A DNA stretch of 63,322 bases, filler included, from Lenisia limosa (taxonomy: Eukaryota; Protista; Breviatea): the NCBI GenBank assembly GCA_001655205.1. It is 8 parts of 8 records of this genome, joined end to end, with 100 filler letters (N's around TTAATTAATTAA, not from the genome) between each part and the next. Parts side by side here need not be neighbours in the genome. Positions count along the whole stretch, not along the records: positions 30,625 to 40,793 come from LPNZ01001085.1; positions 40,894 to 50,031 come from LPNZ01011497.1; 6 more parts are not named here. The stretch is one strand, 5' to 3'. How positions within the stretch are numbered: position 1 is the first letter of the stretch; the number at the start of each line of letters is the position of its first letter. The notes under the pieces are model-generated. The model had not been told where the DNA came from and ran no database searches. It saw only the letters and a program-made list of their open reading frames with translations. Made by a program: the position numbers and the translations under genes. Positions 36,701 to 49,757 of this stretch are shown piece by piece.

Positions 36701-39700
36701 ATTAAAGATATTTTGATAATCTGTCTCTTATGGACCGAAGGGAAGCCTTACTTAGACCTGATATACATAAGATATGATGGGGTGGGTCAAAATTAACCAA
36801 TCGTATAGTGCCTTCCAATAATTTATTTTTACTAGGGTTTCAATTCGGTTCAATAAAAGACTGAATTTATCGATAAATCCTCGAAAATTATTGATATTTT
36901 ACCTGACTGTTTCGAACCGAAATGAATACCTTATTTTAGCTGATTTACACAAGAATTTTAGATACGAATCATTAGTTTCAAATTAAAGTCCCCATACCTA
37001 GTAGTAATGTCTGTTTGTTTGAGTTGTGAAGGTATTTGATAATGCTTCTTGAACCAATAACTTCATGCTAAGTTGTCACGTTATGCATAACACACAGAAT
37101 ATGTGATATAATACATATGATAGGTAGAGTATAGTATATGCGTATCTCTGTTTTGGGTGTTGGATGGAAATATATGATATAGTGTAATTAATCATGATGA
37201 AATAAGAATTTACTATCAAGAAAGGTTTTGCTTGTCAACATTTGAGAACGGTTTTCTCGTAGTATGATATTCATATAGCATTTTTGCAAAGGGTAGTTCG
37301 CAAACTATTTATCAAATAACCATGTAGCCGTATCGATATGCATACAGTTGCAACAAACAAGCCCAAAGTGATTCAAACAGCCACAGTTACCTTTTTGAAA
37401 TAATGGTGGACGAAAGGAAGGAAAATTGAGACTTGTCCAAGTAACATTATGTGGCCTGTTTCTACAAAAAGTGACAAATAAAACACCAATACGGTGCAGC
37501 GCATTGAACTTCAGATTTTCATACAATTAGGGCAGTGTCTCATACCAGTAACATAATATGAATAGTTTCCTGAACAGCCGAACTCACCATCAGGTACATT
37601 TAACCAGATATAGTACACGTAGGTCCAAATTGTGACAATGTGAAAATGAACACCCGTAAGTCCATTGAATGATTCTAAATTATGAGTGTTCGAATTCATT
37701 TAATACGCTAACACATTATCCAAAAATATCTTCCAGATATAATACTGTACCCACGTCCGAGATATGCAAAAATTACGAAGATTGAAATCACAAGATGGCT
37801 CTTCGGGGAAACGTTATCCATGGAGTTGAGGAAGTTTACAAAACCTAGGTCAAGAGATATAAACAACTTGTTGTGACGCATACTCCTAAAACGAAAAACA
37901 CCCAGGTGTAATAAATTTGAAACGTGACAAGGTAGTTACTGAGAGACTAGATGGTTAGTTCTCTTATATCTCACAGATGGTTCCGTTTCCGACTCTGGCG
38001 ACTCTATATACTCCAAATGAAGCCATAGAACCAGGCAAGCAGCTAGCTCTAAAGAGTTGGATTGCAATAAAAGTCCGTAAATAACTTTCATTTTGGCACA
38101 GAAGCCCCCATAAGTTCATTGTAAAAGATGATGAAAGAAAGGTATTGAATAACCTTCAAAGTCCCCCACCAAGTCCGGAGAAGAAAACGAAAGCCAGGAA
38201 GTGGGTGTAGTTTTGAGTTAGTAAACACTGAGAGCCACAGTATGAGACCAAGGAAGCAAGCCCCAGAATCGGCATAATGAAGATCAGAATAGCCCGGGAT
38301 ATCTACAAGTGAAAGAATAAAACTGCTTATGAAAACGAGTTAGGTTATAAAAATGAATAAGGTCTAACAATTACCAAGGTACAAGGGGAGAAGCATTTAA
38401 ATATATATTGTAATTATTAGGGAAAGCGTTTAAACATGTGCCCAAAAGATTTAGACAGCATAACAATATTTGTGCAGCTATATTACACTATTTCAAAGTC
38501 GATATGAGAAATAAAACTATGGCATCTCTGGTCATCACGATTTTAAATGTACGTATAATAGTAATCAAGCCATCTAGTGTTTAATTCAATCTAATCAATC
38601 ATACAGTGTGATAGTAAACACGTCGCTTGAGGAGTACTTCTTGAGCAAATGTATTCTAATGGAATAAAATAATTGTATTACAATCTTATGTTTTATTAGA
38701 ATAAAAATACCTGAAATTTCACTTAAATTACGAAAACAATGTTTTTTTTGGAATTTCGCCCACATTTCCTTGAATATTGCAAGAAATATGTACTTTTCTG
38801 AGTCAACTCCAAAATTGTGATTGGCCTCAAAATATTAATGTTTTGTCGTTTTCTAGGTTTTATCCTGAAATATTGGTCAAATCGTATAGTTGTCAAGTCT
38901 AAAATCACTCATAGAAAGTGCTTAATCCTATTAACCCAGATGATGACCTCACAAAATGGTGTAAAACAGAGACATCACTGTGCCCTATAAAGGAATTCAG
39001 CTAATAATTTCACGGAAACGATTAAACTCAAAATTATACATTTTGTCCGCCCTAGGCTCCAAATCGTATAATCTAGGTTACAAACATTTAATTGGACCTC
39101 GCTTTTAAAGAGAGGGTTAAGCTAACACTTTGTTCATGACTATTACTTTTCAGATGTTGGAAATAAATGAGTTAATCTTAAAACAAGATACAAACATATT
39201 TAGCATGAAATGAAATTTATTGACGATGATAAAGGGAGAAACTGTTTTAGTAGATTCTCATATAATATTGGAGATGGAATAAACTGCAGATTTTATAGAA
39301 AAGAAATACACACTGCATATTGATGCTCACAACAAAGTCATGGTACTCTTCCTCGGAACTTAGTTGGGCGTTTCGCTCCAGTTCCATTGCTTGGGCTGTG
39401 TGGTAAATGAGTAACCAAGTTTATTTCTCGTTTATTAGCATGTTGCTAAGAATCACTACTTCACCCGGCTTTTGGAGCCGAAAGAGATCCTCATAGTAAC
39501 TTCGGTTGAGGTTATATTTAGTCTGAAATGAATCTTAAGATGTAAATGTCTGAGATCTAATTATGATACTGGTGAGATTAGAGTTCCATAAAGAAAATTC
39601 TTGAAAAATATCACAGAATCAATTTTCCAATTCTTGTCATTCGTAAATATTTATAACAAGCGAGTGAAGCTCTAGCTTAGACCTCTCTCCCCACAATATA

Positions 39701-39930
39701 ACAAAATACCCCTCCCCCACACACAATAGTTTTCTGTACCCCGGACGTTCCTTGGTATACTTCCTTTTCAGTCTGTAGGACGGTATTTCGGGAAAACAAA
39801 AGAATCCCCAATCCACAATCCCCAATCCCCAATCTCCAATCCCAATCCACATACCAAAGGAGTTTGGGTAGCGATCCTTTTCCATCTGTATGGAGTCGGC
39901 ATAGTTTGACCCATTTTGAGGGAATTCCAT
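30790..39930 (-). CDS. Large multi-exon gene (or genes), possibly polycystin/TRP-like membrane channel
   Basis: More than 20 open minus-strand exons with good donors, e.g. LSSEEEYHDFV (~39340-39400), FLGLILWLSVFTNSKLHPLPGFRFLLRTWWGTLK (~38155-38310) and HLVISIFVIFAYLG (~37755-37850). The family call rests on weak motif resemblance only. Confidence 0.35.
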
Positions 39931-40331
39931 TTTATTGACACGGTGCAATAAATCACTTGGCAGGAAACAAGGTAGTGTTAATCTTTCTTAGAGATGATGA
40001 TGGTGATCATTTGTATTATGGGAAAACTCTCATTTCCATCTCAAAAACTCTTCAATTAAGAAGACAATACAATAAATTAAACAATAATAAAAAAATATAG
40101 TTGAATAATAATAAATGATTTATATCTTTGTTTAAGATTTATGGCCTTGATGTCAATTATGTCAATCACTAATCCAAATTAGGAAACTCCTTACATTAGT
40201 TACAGTGATTACATTTATACATCTTTGTTCGCTTTCAAGCACTTCAAGCCTTCAAGCAAGAACCATCTTTAATCATTTTCGTTTATCGTTCAGTTATTGT
40301 TGCAATATTGTTGCTCTATATTTGATTATAG

Positions 40332-42572
40332 GAGGCTTTGAGTCTGATATCCGAGATCCTGCCGAAGGGTAAGCTTGTACCTTGTTCTTTGTTGTTATCT
40401 GTGGTACAGTCCTGGAGACATTATTACCTCAGCCTTATTCCGAGAAGGTTCACCCCCACCCCTATTTCCTTCGTTTCAATGCTAAAGTGATGGCTACTTG
40501 CATGGCTTAAGGCTTTGTTTTGCTGTTTCCAACCCTAGTGTGTTCAAATACTCTCTCAACACAGTTGATTATGCGTTATTTTGATTCATACATAAATTTT
40601 CTTTGTTTTACCCCCACCCCAGGCGCCTCCATCCCCTCTGGCATTGTATGTTGCTGACCCCTTGTTCCACCCCTACGCCTATATCCTATATTTTTGTTCC
40701 ACCTCTACTTGTCATTTGAGACTGTATGTTAATAAGGATCGTGTTTTGGCACACAAGATTCACTGTTGTGGCTTACATTATCCACATTTACATNNNNNNN
40801 NNNNNNNNNNNNNNNNNNNNNNNNNNNNNNNNNNNNNTTAATTAATTAANNNNNNNNNNNNNNNNNNNNNNNNNNNNNNNNNNNNNNNNNNNNAGAATCG
40901 CGCCCCCTCCTGGTTAGCGTTCATTATTACTACGCCTTCCCTACGGTCCGAAAAAGACTGTTTAAATATTTATCGAGAGATTCAGTCTTTTCTGGATTGT
41001 AGGGAAGCCTTAATTATTATCTAATCTCTACATTTTGGTTCAATATCAATGTGCCCTCCCCCCTCCTCCCATCAGCCCCCTTCTTATTATCAATGTGTCC
41101 TCCCCNNNNNNNNNNNNNNNNNNNNNNNNNNNNNNNNNNNNNNNNNNNNNNNNNNNNNNNNNNNNNNNNNNNNNNNNNNNNNNNNNNNNNNNNNNNNNNN
41201 NNNNNNNNNNNNNNNNNNNNNNNNNNNNNNNNNNNNNNNNNNNNNNNNNNTCTAGGCACAATTGTCCCACCCCCTGCTCAGTATCGAAATGTGGCTCCTC
41301 CCCCTACTGGTAGGCTTTTTAACAGGTCCCAAAAGACGTTTAAATTATCGGTATCAGATATATACAGTGACTGGGATAAGTCTTGTCCGATTTTCCTTGG
41401 GAAATCATAGAGCAAATCGGTCACCCCAATCACTCTATATATTGAGATTTCAATCTTTTTTTTTTATTTAGTGTTGAAGATTTATTATGGGCAGGAATTT
41501 TTTTGAGGGCACTTTGTTGTGTTGTTTTCAACCTTCGTGTGTTTCCAGCCGACAATTTTTTGTTTTTGTTTCCAATTACCACCTCTCCTACCCCAGCGAT
41601 ACTTCTGTGCAACCTGTGCTCTTATTTTGAATCATTAACTTCCAAGGCACAATTGTCCCACCCCCCGCTCAGTATCGAAACGTGGCTCCTCCCCCTACTG
41701 GTAGGCTTTTTATGACAAGAGCGTCACCTCAGTTCTAAAAGAGACAGAATTCACGATAAATATCAGGACTGTGAAGCTTGAATATTACGGGCCGGATAAG
41801 TCTTGTCCTAGTTACCTTGGGAAATCACATTGTAAATCGGTCAAGACTTATCCCGGTCACTGTACATATTATGTATATTCTCAAAAAATATTGGTGCGGT
41901 CCTGGCGATCTTTCACTCCAACATAAAAACAAACACTAAATGTTTAGGCGGTGCCCCCTTGATTGACCTCATGGACGGACCCCCTCCGGCCAGTTCAGGT
42001 TTGTGGGGGGGGGNNNNNNNNNNNNNNNNNNNNNNNNNNNNNNNNNNNNNNNNNNNNNNNNNNNNNNNNNNNNNNNNNNNNNNNNNNNNNNNNNNNNNNN
42101 NNNNNNNNNNNNNNGATGGCTTTGGCCAGACCTTGTTTATTTCTCATTTCTTACTATTCAGGGCCTCCTCTTGTCCCCTCTGCCTCCCCCTCTCAACTCT
42201 ACCCTCAAGCTAACGTGAGCCTCTGCTTTCTAAGGTTATGAAGAGATTGAAACCATATTTGACACTCATTCAATGGTTGTTGACCGTAATTTTTGAAGCA
42301 GACATATGATATAGTTGCGAGAAGTCCTGATACAGATATTGAGTTTTCCTATATCAGGATTTATCGTGGTCACTGTATTTAAGTGCCAGTAAATTGAGTG
42401 TTTATCATTCTTTCCATCAGACACGCCCTTTTTCTCACACGTTTCAGCAGCCTTCTGTAGCTCTCATGTCCAACAACGTTGGTGGAATGGCTATGGCACC
42501 TCCCCCTGCAAACTCGCTCCCCCCAGTGCAGCTTAGGTTAGCAGGTTTTAGGAAAGGAGTTGCGCATTTCTG
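40332..42572 (+). CDS. Proline-rich protein, partial, gap-interrupted
   Basis: Exons GGFESDIRDPAEG, PGDIITSALFRE, GTIVPPPAQYRNVAPPPTG (x2), LIDLMDGPPPASS, GPPLVPSASPSQLYPQAN and MAMAPPPANSLPP. Confidence 0.5.
41786..41864. mobile_element. Tc1/mariner-like MITE, family R3 (representative copy)
   Basis: TIR consensus TA-CAGTGACCGGGATAAGTCTTGACCGATTT. Copies at ~41363, 41786, 46818 and 59022. Confidence 0.7.
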
Positions 42573-44750
42573 ATCAACCTCTCAAAATTTTGACGTTCTT
42601 TTTCGGACAGCCCTGGTTATGACTCCTGGGTGCACAGAGTTGTAAGGCAAATGATTGGGTGAATTTATTATTATACTCTTATCAGCGTGATGGTGTGGAA
42701 GGCTTTGGCCAGATACAACCTTTTTTATTCTCATTGCTGTAATGTATACATAATATGTATATATCATAGTATTATATGACTCGTGCCTCACCCCCAAACA
42801 GAAGAGGTGACATGACTGCAGCACAGAAGCCCCTTCCCCCCACCCAGCAACAGCAGCCAGCTGAAAGAGACCCGGTAAACGGGTGGATTATGAATAGGGA
42901 GGGACTTATGTGTATTGAAAATGTTCGCCAATAAAGTTAATTCTGGCTTCTGATCTGTTTTTTCTCAAAAAATTTCCATCCCTGCGCAATATTTCTACAT
43001 ATGGTATCCTTAAACTGGATTGGATTTAATAGGGCTCCCTGAGGTCGGAAAAAGAATTGTCAAATATTATCTCTAATCTGTCGAGACAATCTTTTCTTTT
43101 CTGCGTCTGCTGGTGCCCCCCCCCCTTTATGTATTCCTTGTGTCGAGAAAATTAGAGATAATATCGATAATTGACAATTCTGTTTCGGACCGCAGGGAAC
43201 CCTATTAAAATCCAGTGCCCATATTTATAACACATTCTTTTTAGCCCGTATCTTACACCCCAGTTCGATGAATTTGACCTCCTCGCTCGTGCTTAATTTC
43301 AGCCCATTATTTATTCGCATTTTGATACACGTTCTTTCATCCGCTTTGGGGAATTCGATTCAGGACAATAGCAACACTTCAAAAGGATATCTTGAATTTT
43401 TGTAACCATAGGGCCTCAACCCTCGAGCATCATTCCGGTTTAAAGAAAATATACATTGAGGATTTATCGAGTTCATTATCATGAACCATGGAAGTGAAGC
43501 TTTATTGAATCAGAAACTAATTATCTATTTCTTGTATCTCAGATGCATAGCTTTCAATAAATATTTGAACATAGATTGGCAATATCTTGTATTATTGGTG
43601 TTGTAAAAGTGACAATATTTATATTTGGACATAAATTGGGATAATGTTCGGGTACTCCTTACAGCTTTCAGACCTTTCAAAGACACTGTGATTAAGAAAG
43701 AAGTCTCGAGAAAGAAGTATATCAGAAAAAAATACTTAAATAATTAGCCCAACGACGGCAAGCGAGTTAGAAAACACAGAGTGGTAATTGAAATACTGTT
43801 ACGACCTTCAGCCACCTTTCTCCAGAGCAGAAATCAAGCAAGAATCACAACAAAGGTAACTCGTTAATCGTATCGTCACAGTTCTGAAAGAGCAGGGCAA
43901 TATCAACGAAGGTCGTATACCAGAACAGCTGGGTTGGAACCGAAAGAAAGCTGCTGAGAATCGGGATCATTGCCCCCGCTTCCAGGAGTCCACATGGCTG
44001 TTTCTGAAGAAGAGTGTGCATAGTGGACATTTGCAGGAAGATCCGAAGGGAGTAACTTGACGCCAAAAGGTCCAAGTAGGACTTTCTTTCAAAGAGGAGA
44101 TTTCGAAGCAATATGTCTCCCACGTCCAAAAGAATGATGTTGATTTTAAATCCATATTTGAGAAGGAACAAGGGGAGCGAACAAATTACTAATAATTAAA
44201 CAAACCTATTGAGCTCTCGTGAGTCCACAATAATACTTTGACTCTGGGTGACAGGAAACTTGGACAACTGCGGTTCTAGACGATCTTGGATTTCGGAGAC
44301 GATCAAGTCTGGTGTTTGCAGCAAGTGTTTGTCAAAAACGAATACTATGTCTCTCGGCGAGATGGAAAAGGAGGAATCCGTGAAAAAGAGGTCATGAGAA
44401 AACGTGATATTGGAGTTGGCATACTTATTGTAAGTCACACAAATTCGGGCAAAATACTGAGAGAAAAGGGAAGTTGCCATTTTCAAGACTTACAGCGATA
44501 AAAGGATGCTGCGAGGTAACTCATAACTGAGATAATTAGTGAGAATAAACAAAATTTGTAATGACAAAAGCTACTACAAAATATCATATCACTTTTTGAA
44601 ACATTTTCACACGTGTGAACTATCATTTTCCACGCAGTGATATATCCACTGTATGATAATTGACCGACAAGTCTCAAAGATACTCTGATACACTCGGGAT
44701 TAACCCTGGCGTTATCTTCGTTCATCATTTTGACTCGAAAGTCGGGCATA
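42570..44750 (-). CDS. Uncharacterised multi-exon protein
   Basis: Open segments at 43845-44171 and 44196-44486 (RDIVFVFDKHLLQTPDLIVSEIQDRLEPQL) plus smaller exons. No family recognised. Confidence 0.4.
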
Positions 44751-44986
44751 TGATCATATCACTAGGAAAGGGGTTAACATTCTCAGAAATTTGCTTCTGG
44801 CATCCCTTTGTTTTCTTCTTGCTCTCACAAAAAGCCTTCACATTCTTTCTGATATCTTGCATGATTACAATTGGAAAATTGACCAAATATTACCTAGTCA
44901 GATATATAGAAATGAGAAGGGTTTATTTCAAACAAAAGTTATCAAGGTATAGTAGATATCATATGATAAGTGTTAATCGCAAACCT

Positions 44987-44988
44987 TC

Positions 44989-45020
<32 letters not shown>

Positions 45021-45036
45021 ACACACACACACACAC
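44987..45036. repeat. (CA)n microsatellite
   Basis: Interrupted CA dinucleotide run. Confidence 0.95.
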
Positions 45037-45528
45037 GTAATACAAACATACAAATGCTTGTAGAAGGTAGAGGGCATCATATCATATACAGATGATACAC
45101 ACATTCGCTGATAGAGATGGCAAACTAACATCATTTGGTATTAATCTGCAACTTGGTTACAATAAAAATTCAAATCGGCAATACCCTAACAAAGACCTAT
45201 GTCAACAACACCATCGTAAACAATAATCTTTACACCTCCAGAATCATGCCATACTATACATAACTACAACAACTATTATTTGAGTAATTAAACACCCAAA
45301 AATTGGTAAATTAAATATCAACAAAGAAGCCCTGCCAACATCAGAAAAAGGAGGAGGTGTCTTTTCAATTTCCAATTTTCTCGAATTTGTACATGATAAC
45401 TGCATCCTGCTTATTCATTTCCCACCTAACAAAAGAAAAACATTACAATGACAGAATGAACGGGGATAGCTGAAAAAAAAAAGGAAGTGAAAAGCGAAAA
45501 AAAGAAGACAATTTCTGAGAAAAAAAGT

Positions 45529-45600
45529 GGGCCTGACCGGGATTCGAACCCGGGACCTCTTGCACCCAAAGCAAGAATCATACCCCTAGACCACCAGGCC
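45529..45600 (-). tRNA. tRNA-Pro (UGG)
   Basis: GGCCTGG/TCAGGCC acceptor stem, CTTGC-TT-TGG-GT-GCAAG anticodon arm and GGTTCGAATCC T-loop, followed by an oligo-T Pol III terminator. Confidence 0.97.
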
Positions 45601-45971
45601 GACAAATATAGAACAAACAAATTAACTACCGATCCTAATTATTCCAAAATTTTCGATATTTTTCGATATTTTTCGATAAATATATATTTTTCTATTTCAG
45701 CTTTCAGTCTCAGTCCTTTGAAACCCTTCTTCCATTCATTTTATAGTATATGTGTATATAAAGATAAAACTCGAAACTATTTTAGTTTTTACGCTTTCAC
45801 TTCCAGAAAGGATATCGATCAAACTCCGCTCAGCTTTGCTGGAAGCTGAGAAGGATAATCAAGTAGCACAGCAGTAACCAAATAATCAAGTGTAATACAT
45901 AGAATTTAAAGAAGAAGACTTGAAGAAGAAACAAATTTCCCCCCTTTACGTTCGCCAGCCTGATCAGTGTG

Positions 45972-48900
45972 ATGAAAAAGATCTCACTGAGTCGGTATCA
46001 TGACATTGTCAGCCGACTGCCGAACCGAGAGTCCATTTATGACATCATCGATACATANNNNNNNNNNNNNNNNNNNNNNNNNNNNNNNNNNNNNNNNNNN
46101 NNNNNNNNNNNNNNNNNNNNNNNNNNNNNNNNNNNNNNNNNNNNNNNNNNNNNNNNNNNNNNNNNGAAATACGACACGCTCTTTTCGATTTTGAGCCTGA
46201 AATACCAGCGGGAAATGTCGGTTCGCTTCGTGAGAATCAAGGCTCTGGATCTCTACAAAAGGTGGGGGGGATCTGCGATGTTTTTGCCCAAACAGATGAC
46301 ATTTGATACTCGATATAACATAGAAATTACTATTACTATACATGTATATCATATATATATACACCATAAAACAAGATGGTAGGCTCTTGATTGTAAATAT
46401 GCATGGAATGAATAAAATGAGAGAATACAGAGGGCCATAGAACAAGATTGGTATGGGGTTGATTTTATTAAGGCATTCAGTACAGTACAAGAGATAAATA
46501 AACTACTTAGGGATTCCATTAGGCAGGGTTTAAAGTGGGTTGACTGCAAGGAAACATTCTGTAAAACATAGTCTTGCTACGAAAATAATACATACAAGAG
46601 AGGATTGTCTTTCACCTCTCCCCCCCCCCCCNNNNNNNNNNNNNNNNNNNNNNNNNNNNNNNNNNNNNNNNNNNNNNNNNNNNNNNNNNNNNNNNNNNNN
46701 NNNNNNNNNNNNNNNNNNNNNNNNNNNNNNNNNNNNNNNNNNNNNNNNNNNTGTTATCAACCCTCATGTGTTGTCAGCCAACAGAGCTGATTTGGGCTTT
46801 TTTTTGTTTCATATGTTTACAGTGACGGGATAAGTGTTGACCTATTTTCATTGGGGAAATCCTATAGCAAATTGGTCTGTACTGTATACATATGATATAT
46901 AGTAATACATTCATATAATATACTGATATATAGTGTGAAATTGTTTTAATCCAATATCTCTGATAATAGCTGATGGTGAGGCTGCTTCGGCTAACCCCCA
47001 CTTATTTTTCATTTCTACATGTATAATACTTTTTATTTAGTATGGCGATTCTTTTTATCTACAATCGAATCCGTGAAACTATAGTCCATCTTCTTCAATT
47101 TGAACACGAAAAAAAGGCAAAAAAAGTGTATTTTCACCGCATTATTGATAATCCTCAGGTATTTGCATGGGGAAAGCATACTGGACTTGGCAGAAGAAAT
47201 GAACATTGCCCCCTGCCTTCTTTGCCGCAAAATCTGTACCTGTTTTGTCGCCGATCAAATCCACAAGCTGTCCCTCCCGGAAAATAGTTTGTTGGGCGAA
47301 GGGTTTCACTCCAGTCTGAAAAAGATTGGATTTTTCGATAAATCCATAGATACTTTACTGGTCTTTGTTGGACTTGTATGAGACCCTAGTTACCCTCTAA
47401 CGCTTCACTCCGGCCGCTATCGATAGCTCTCGAGGATTTATAGATAAATTCTGTCCTTTTTAGGATTGTAACAAAGCCCTGGTAATATTTTAGCCAAACA
47501 ACCTTCTGTGCCTTATCTATAACGAGCGTATATTCCCCACTGACGCTTTTAACTCTTTTAAACCGTTCACCTCTTTATTTCTAATTTCTACATTTCAATT
47601 GAGCCTTGTCTCCTTTATGTTCACCTTGTGCGGAAACCATTTTTGACCATCAGTGGCTTCTGGTCGCAAAATGTCAAAAGAATGGCTCTTGAAGCCGGAT
47701 TTAATTGGTATGATGGATCACCTTTTTATCATTTCAATTGAATTTAATTCTCCTCGGGTTATAAAACCGATTTTTTTTTGTTCATTCTCCAGAAAACGAG
47801 CGACTGCGGACCTGTGTGCTTCAGTGTATCGAATCTGACGAGTTCTATTCTCCCGCTGTTGATCGACAAAAAAGGTCTGTTGGGTTTCACGTCGGTTTGA
47901 ACACGACCGGTCAAATATCGATAGTTTTAACTTTGGCTCACTTGCCTTTAGGGCTGCTGGGTTGCTTTTTGAGTACTACTTGCAGGAAAACTGTTTCCAG
48001 CACAATTTGAGTTTCTTCACTGAAGGTATGATTAGAGCTTCACTTGCGATAACCGGTGAACTATCTCGATATTTATCGAGGGAAATATCGATAATCATAA
48101 ACTGTTTCCAGAAGTGAAGGCCAATGTAGAGGCTTCACTAAGGCACAAAGAATGAAATTCTTGATAAACCCTCGATAATTTCCATATTTACCAGTCTTTT
48201 GATATTTATCGAAAATTATCTAGGATTCAGGAATTTTATCCTCTTGTTTTGGTTTACTTATGCGTTACAGCGGAGTTACGACAAATGAATCTCCATAAAA
48301 CACCAGATGTTCTCTTGAAAACCCCCATTGGTATGCTGCCTTGAGTTGGAACAGTTGAAATGGATGCGAAATTAATTTTTGAAGTGGGGCATATTGAGTC
48401 GAGAATACCATCCAGACCCTTTCATTAAATATAGTCATTTAAGTTCCTTTGTTTTATTCAAACTATTGTTCCCATTGAAATGTGAAAATTTGTATTGTTC
48501 AAATCGGAATAATAATTCCAGTCTTCACTTCCTTCTCTTTAATTGTCATTGTAGTTGTTAACGGGACTCTGATCAACTGGTTTGAGTCGAAGGCGTCATT
48601 TGGAGACATCGAAAACCACACGTAAGCGCCACTTTGCTTGGTACTTGGCCTCAGGGGGTTGGAAATCTTGTAACCAAAAAAGTTCGACGACTTTGCTTCA
48701 GAAAGCAATCAGAAATGGTCTTAAAGGAGGCAATTGAACTATTGGGAGATTCACGAATAACTTTTTTGCTGGGAAAGATTCCTCAACGGCCAAGAACTTT
48801 TCCGAAAAAGACAATATCATGAAATAATATCAAATGATTTTCCCATTTCTACATACTTATTAACTCTGTCAGGCAGAACATGGAGAACCAGCTCCAACCG

Positions 48901-49144
48901 TACACATCACGATATGGACCCGGCGCCGTGATATACTGGCATGGCTTCATTTCTGAGTTTGAACACAACAAAGTGGGATGGGTGGATTATTTGACAACAA
49001 ACCTTATTTTTATTTTTTTTCTGTTGTTTTAACCCTCTATTTGCTCTAATTGTTTACCCTCTTTTTGTAGGTTTTTTTAACCCGCTTTAGGCTGGTGTTC
49101 TTCCGCTGTGTGAGTTTCCCAAACAAATTGAAGCGTGTCGCTGA
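45972..49144 (+). CDS. CDIN1: CDAN1-interacting nuclease 1 (C15orf41) homolog, multi-exon
   Basis: YDTLFSILSLKYQR, RYLHGESILDLAEEMNIAPCLLCRKI, KTPDVLLKTPI, INWFESKASFGD and RYGPGAVIYWHGFI match the human CDIN1 motifs in order. Confidence 0.92.
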
Positions 49145-49757
49145 AGGGAAAAAGTGGTGTGTTTTGTCACTCTCTTCTTAATTTTGTTATTTTTTTATGT
49201 AAACAAAAACCATAGCAGAATGAGTGTTAAGCACCGATGGCAACCTTTTATCCTTTTAGATAGAAATGTATAATTGATCGTCGAACCACTGACAAATATA
49301 TGATGAACAAGGTTGGTTTTCTTCGATGAGTTAAGAATCACTAGGTCTCACTGATAATAAACGGGAATTTGCCTCATTTCTCAATCATTCAGAAAGAAGA
49401 CCACTTTTGTCCCTTATTTATTGTGTTATTTTTGTAATAATGTTGGAAGTTCTTTAATTTATAGAATCTAGTTCTATTATTGACCAAGTAATTAATGGAG
49501 TTCAGTGTTTTTAGGCAGCCGAAGCGCACATAAATGGAAAACAAAACATCAATATGGACAAGTGGAATATTTGAGAATTGGGATCATCTCCAACTGATAA
49601 ATAACCTAAATAATAACAGTATATGATATATATACAACTATTTACCATGAAATAAATGGCAAGTAACCTGATAATAAAAAACAGTTCATAGGGAGTTTCC
49701 ACGGGTTGAACCAAGGGGAAGAAGTGTACATTTACAAAAAAAAAAGATGACCTAGTG

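Noticed and set aside
39808-39850. CCCAAT heptamer-like run resembling cyanobacterial STRR or a telomeric seed
   Set aside because: It is a short, imperfect intronic simple repeat with no other supporting context.
44196-44486. ATG11/FIP200 call from DIVFVFDK
   Set aside because: It is a single short motif with no support from neighbouring exons.
14598-49144. ERCC1 and CDIN1 as a DNA-repair nuclease cluster
   Set aside because: They are about 27 kb apart with unrelated genes and two scaffold gaps between them.
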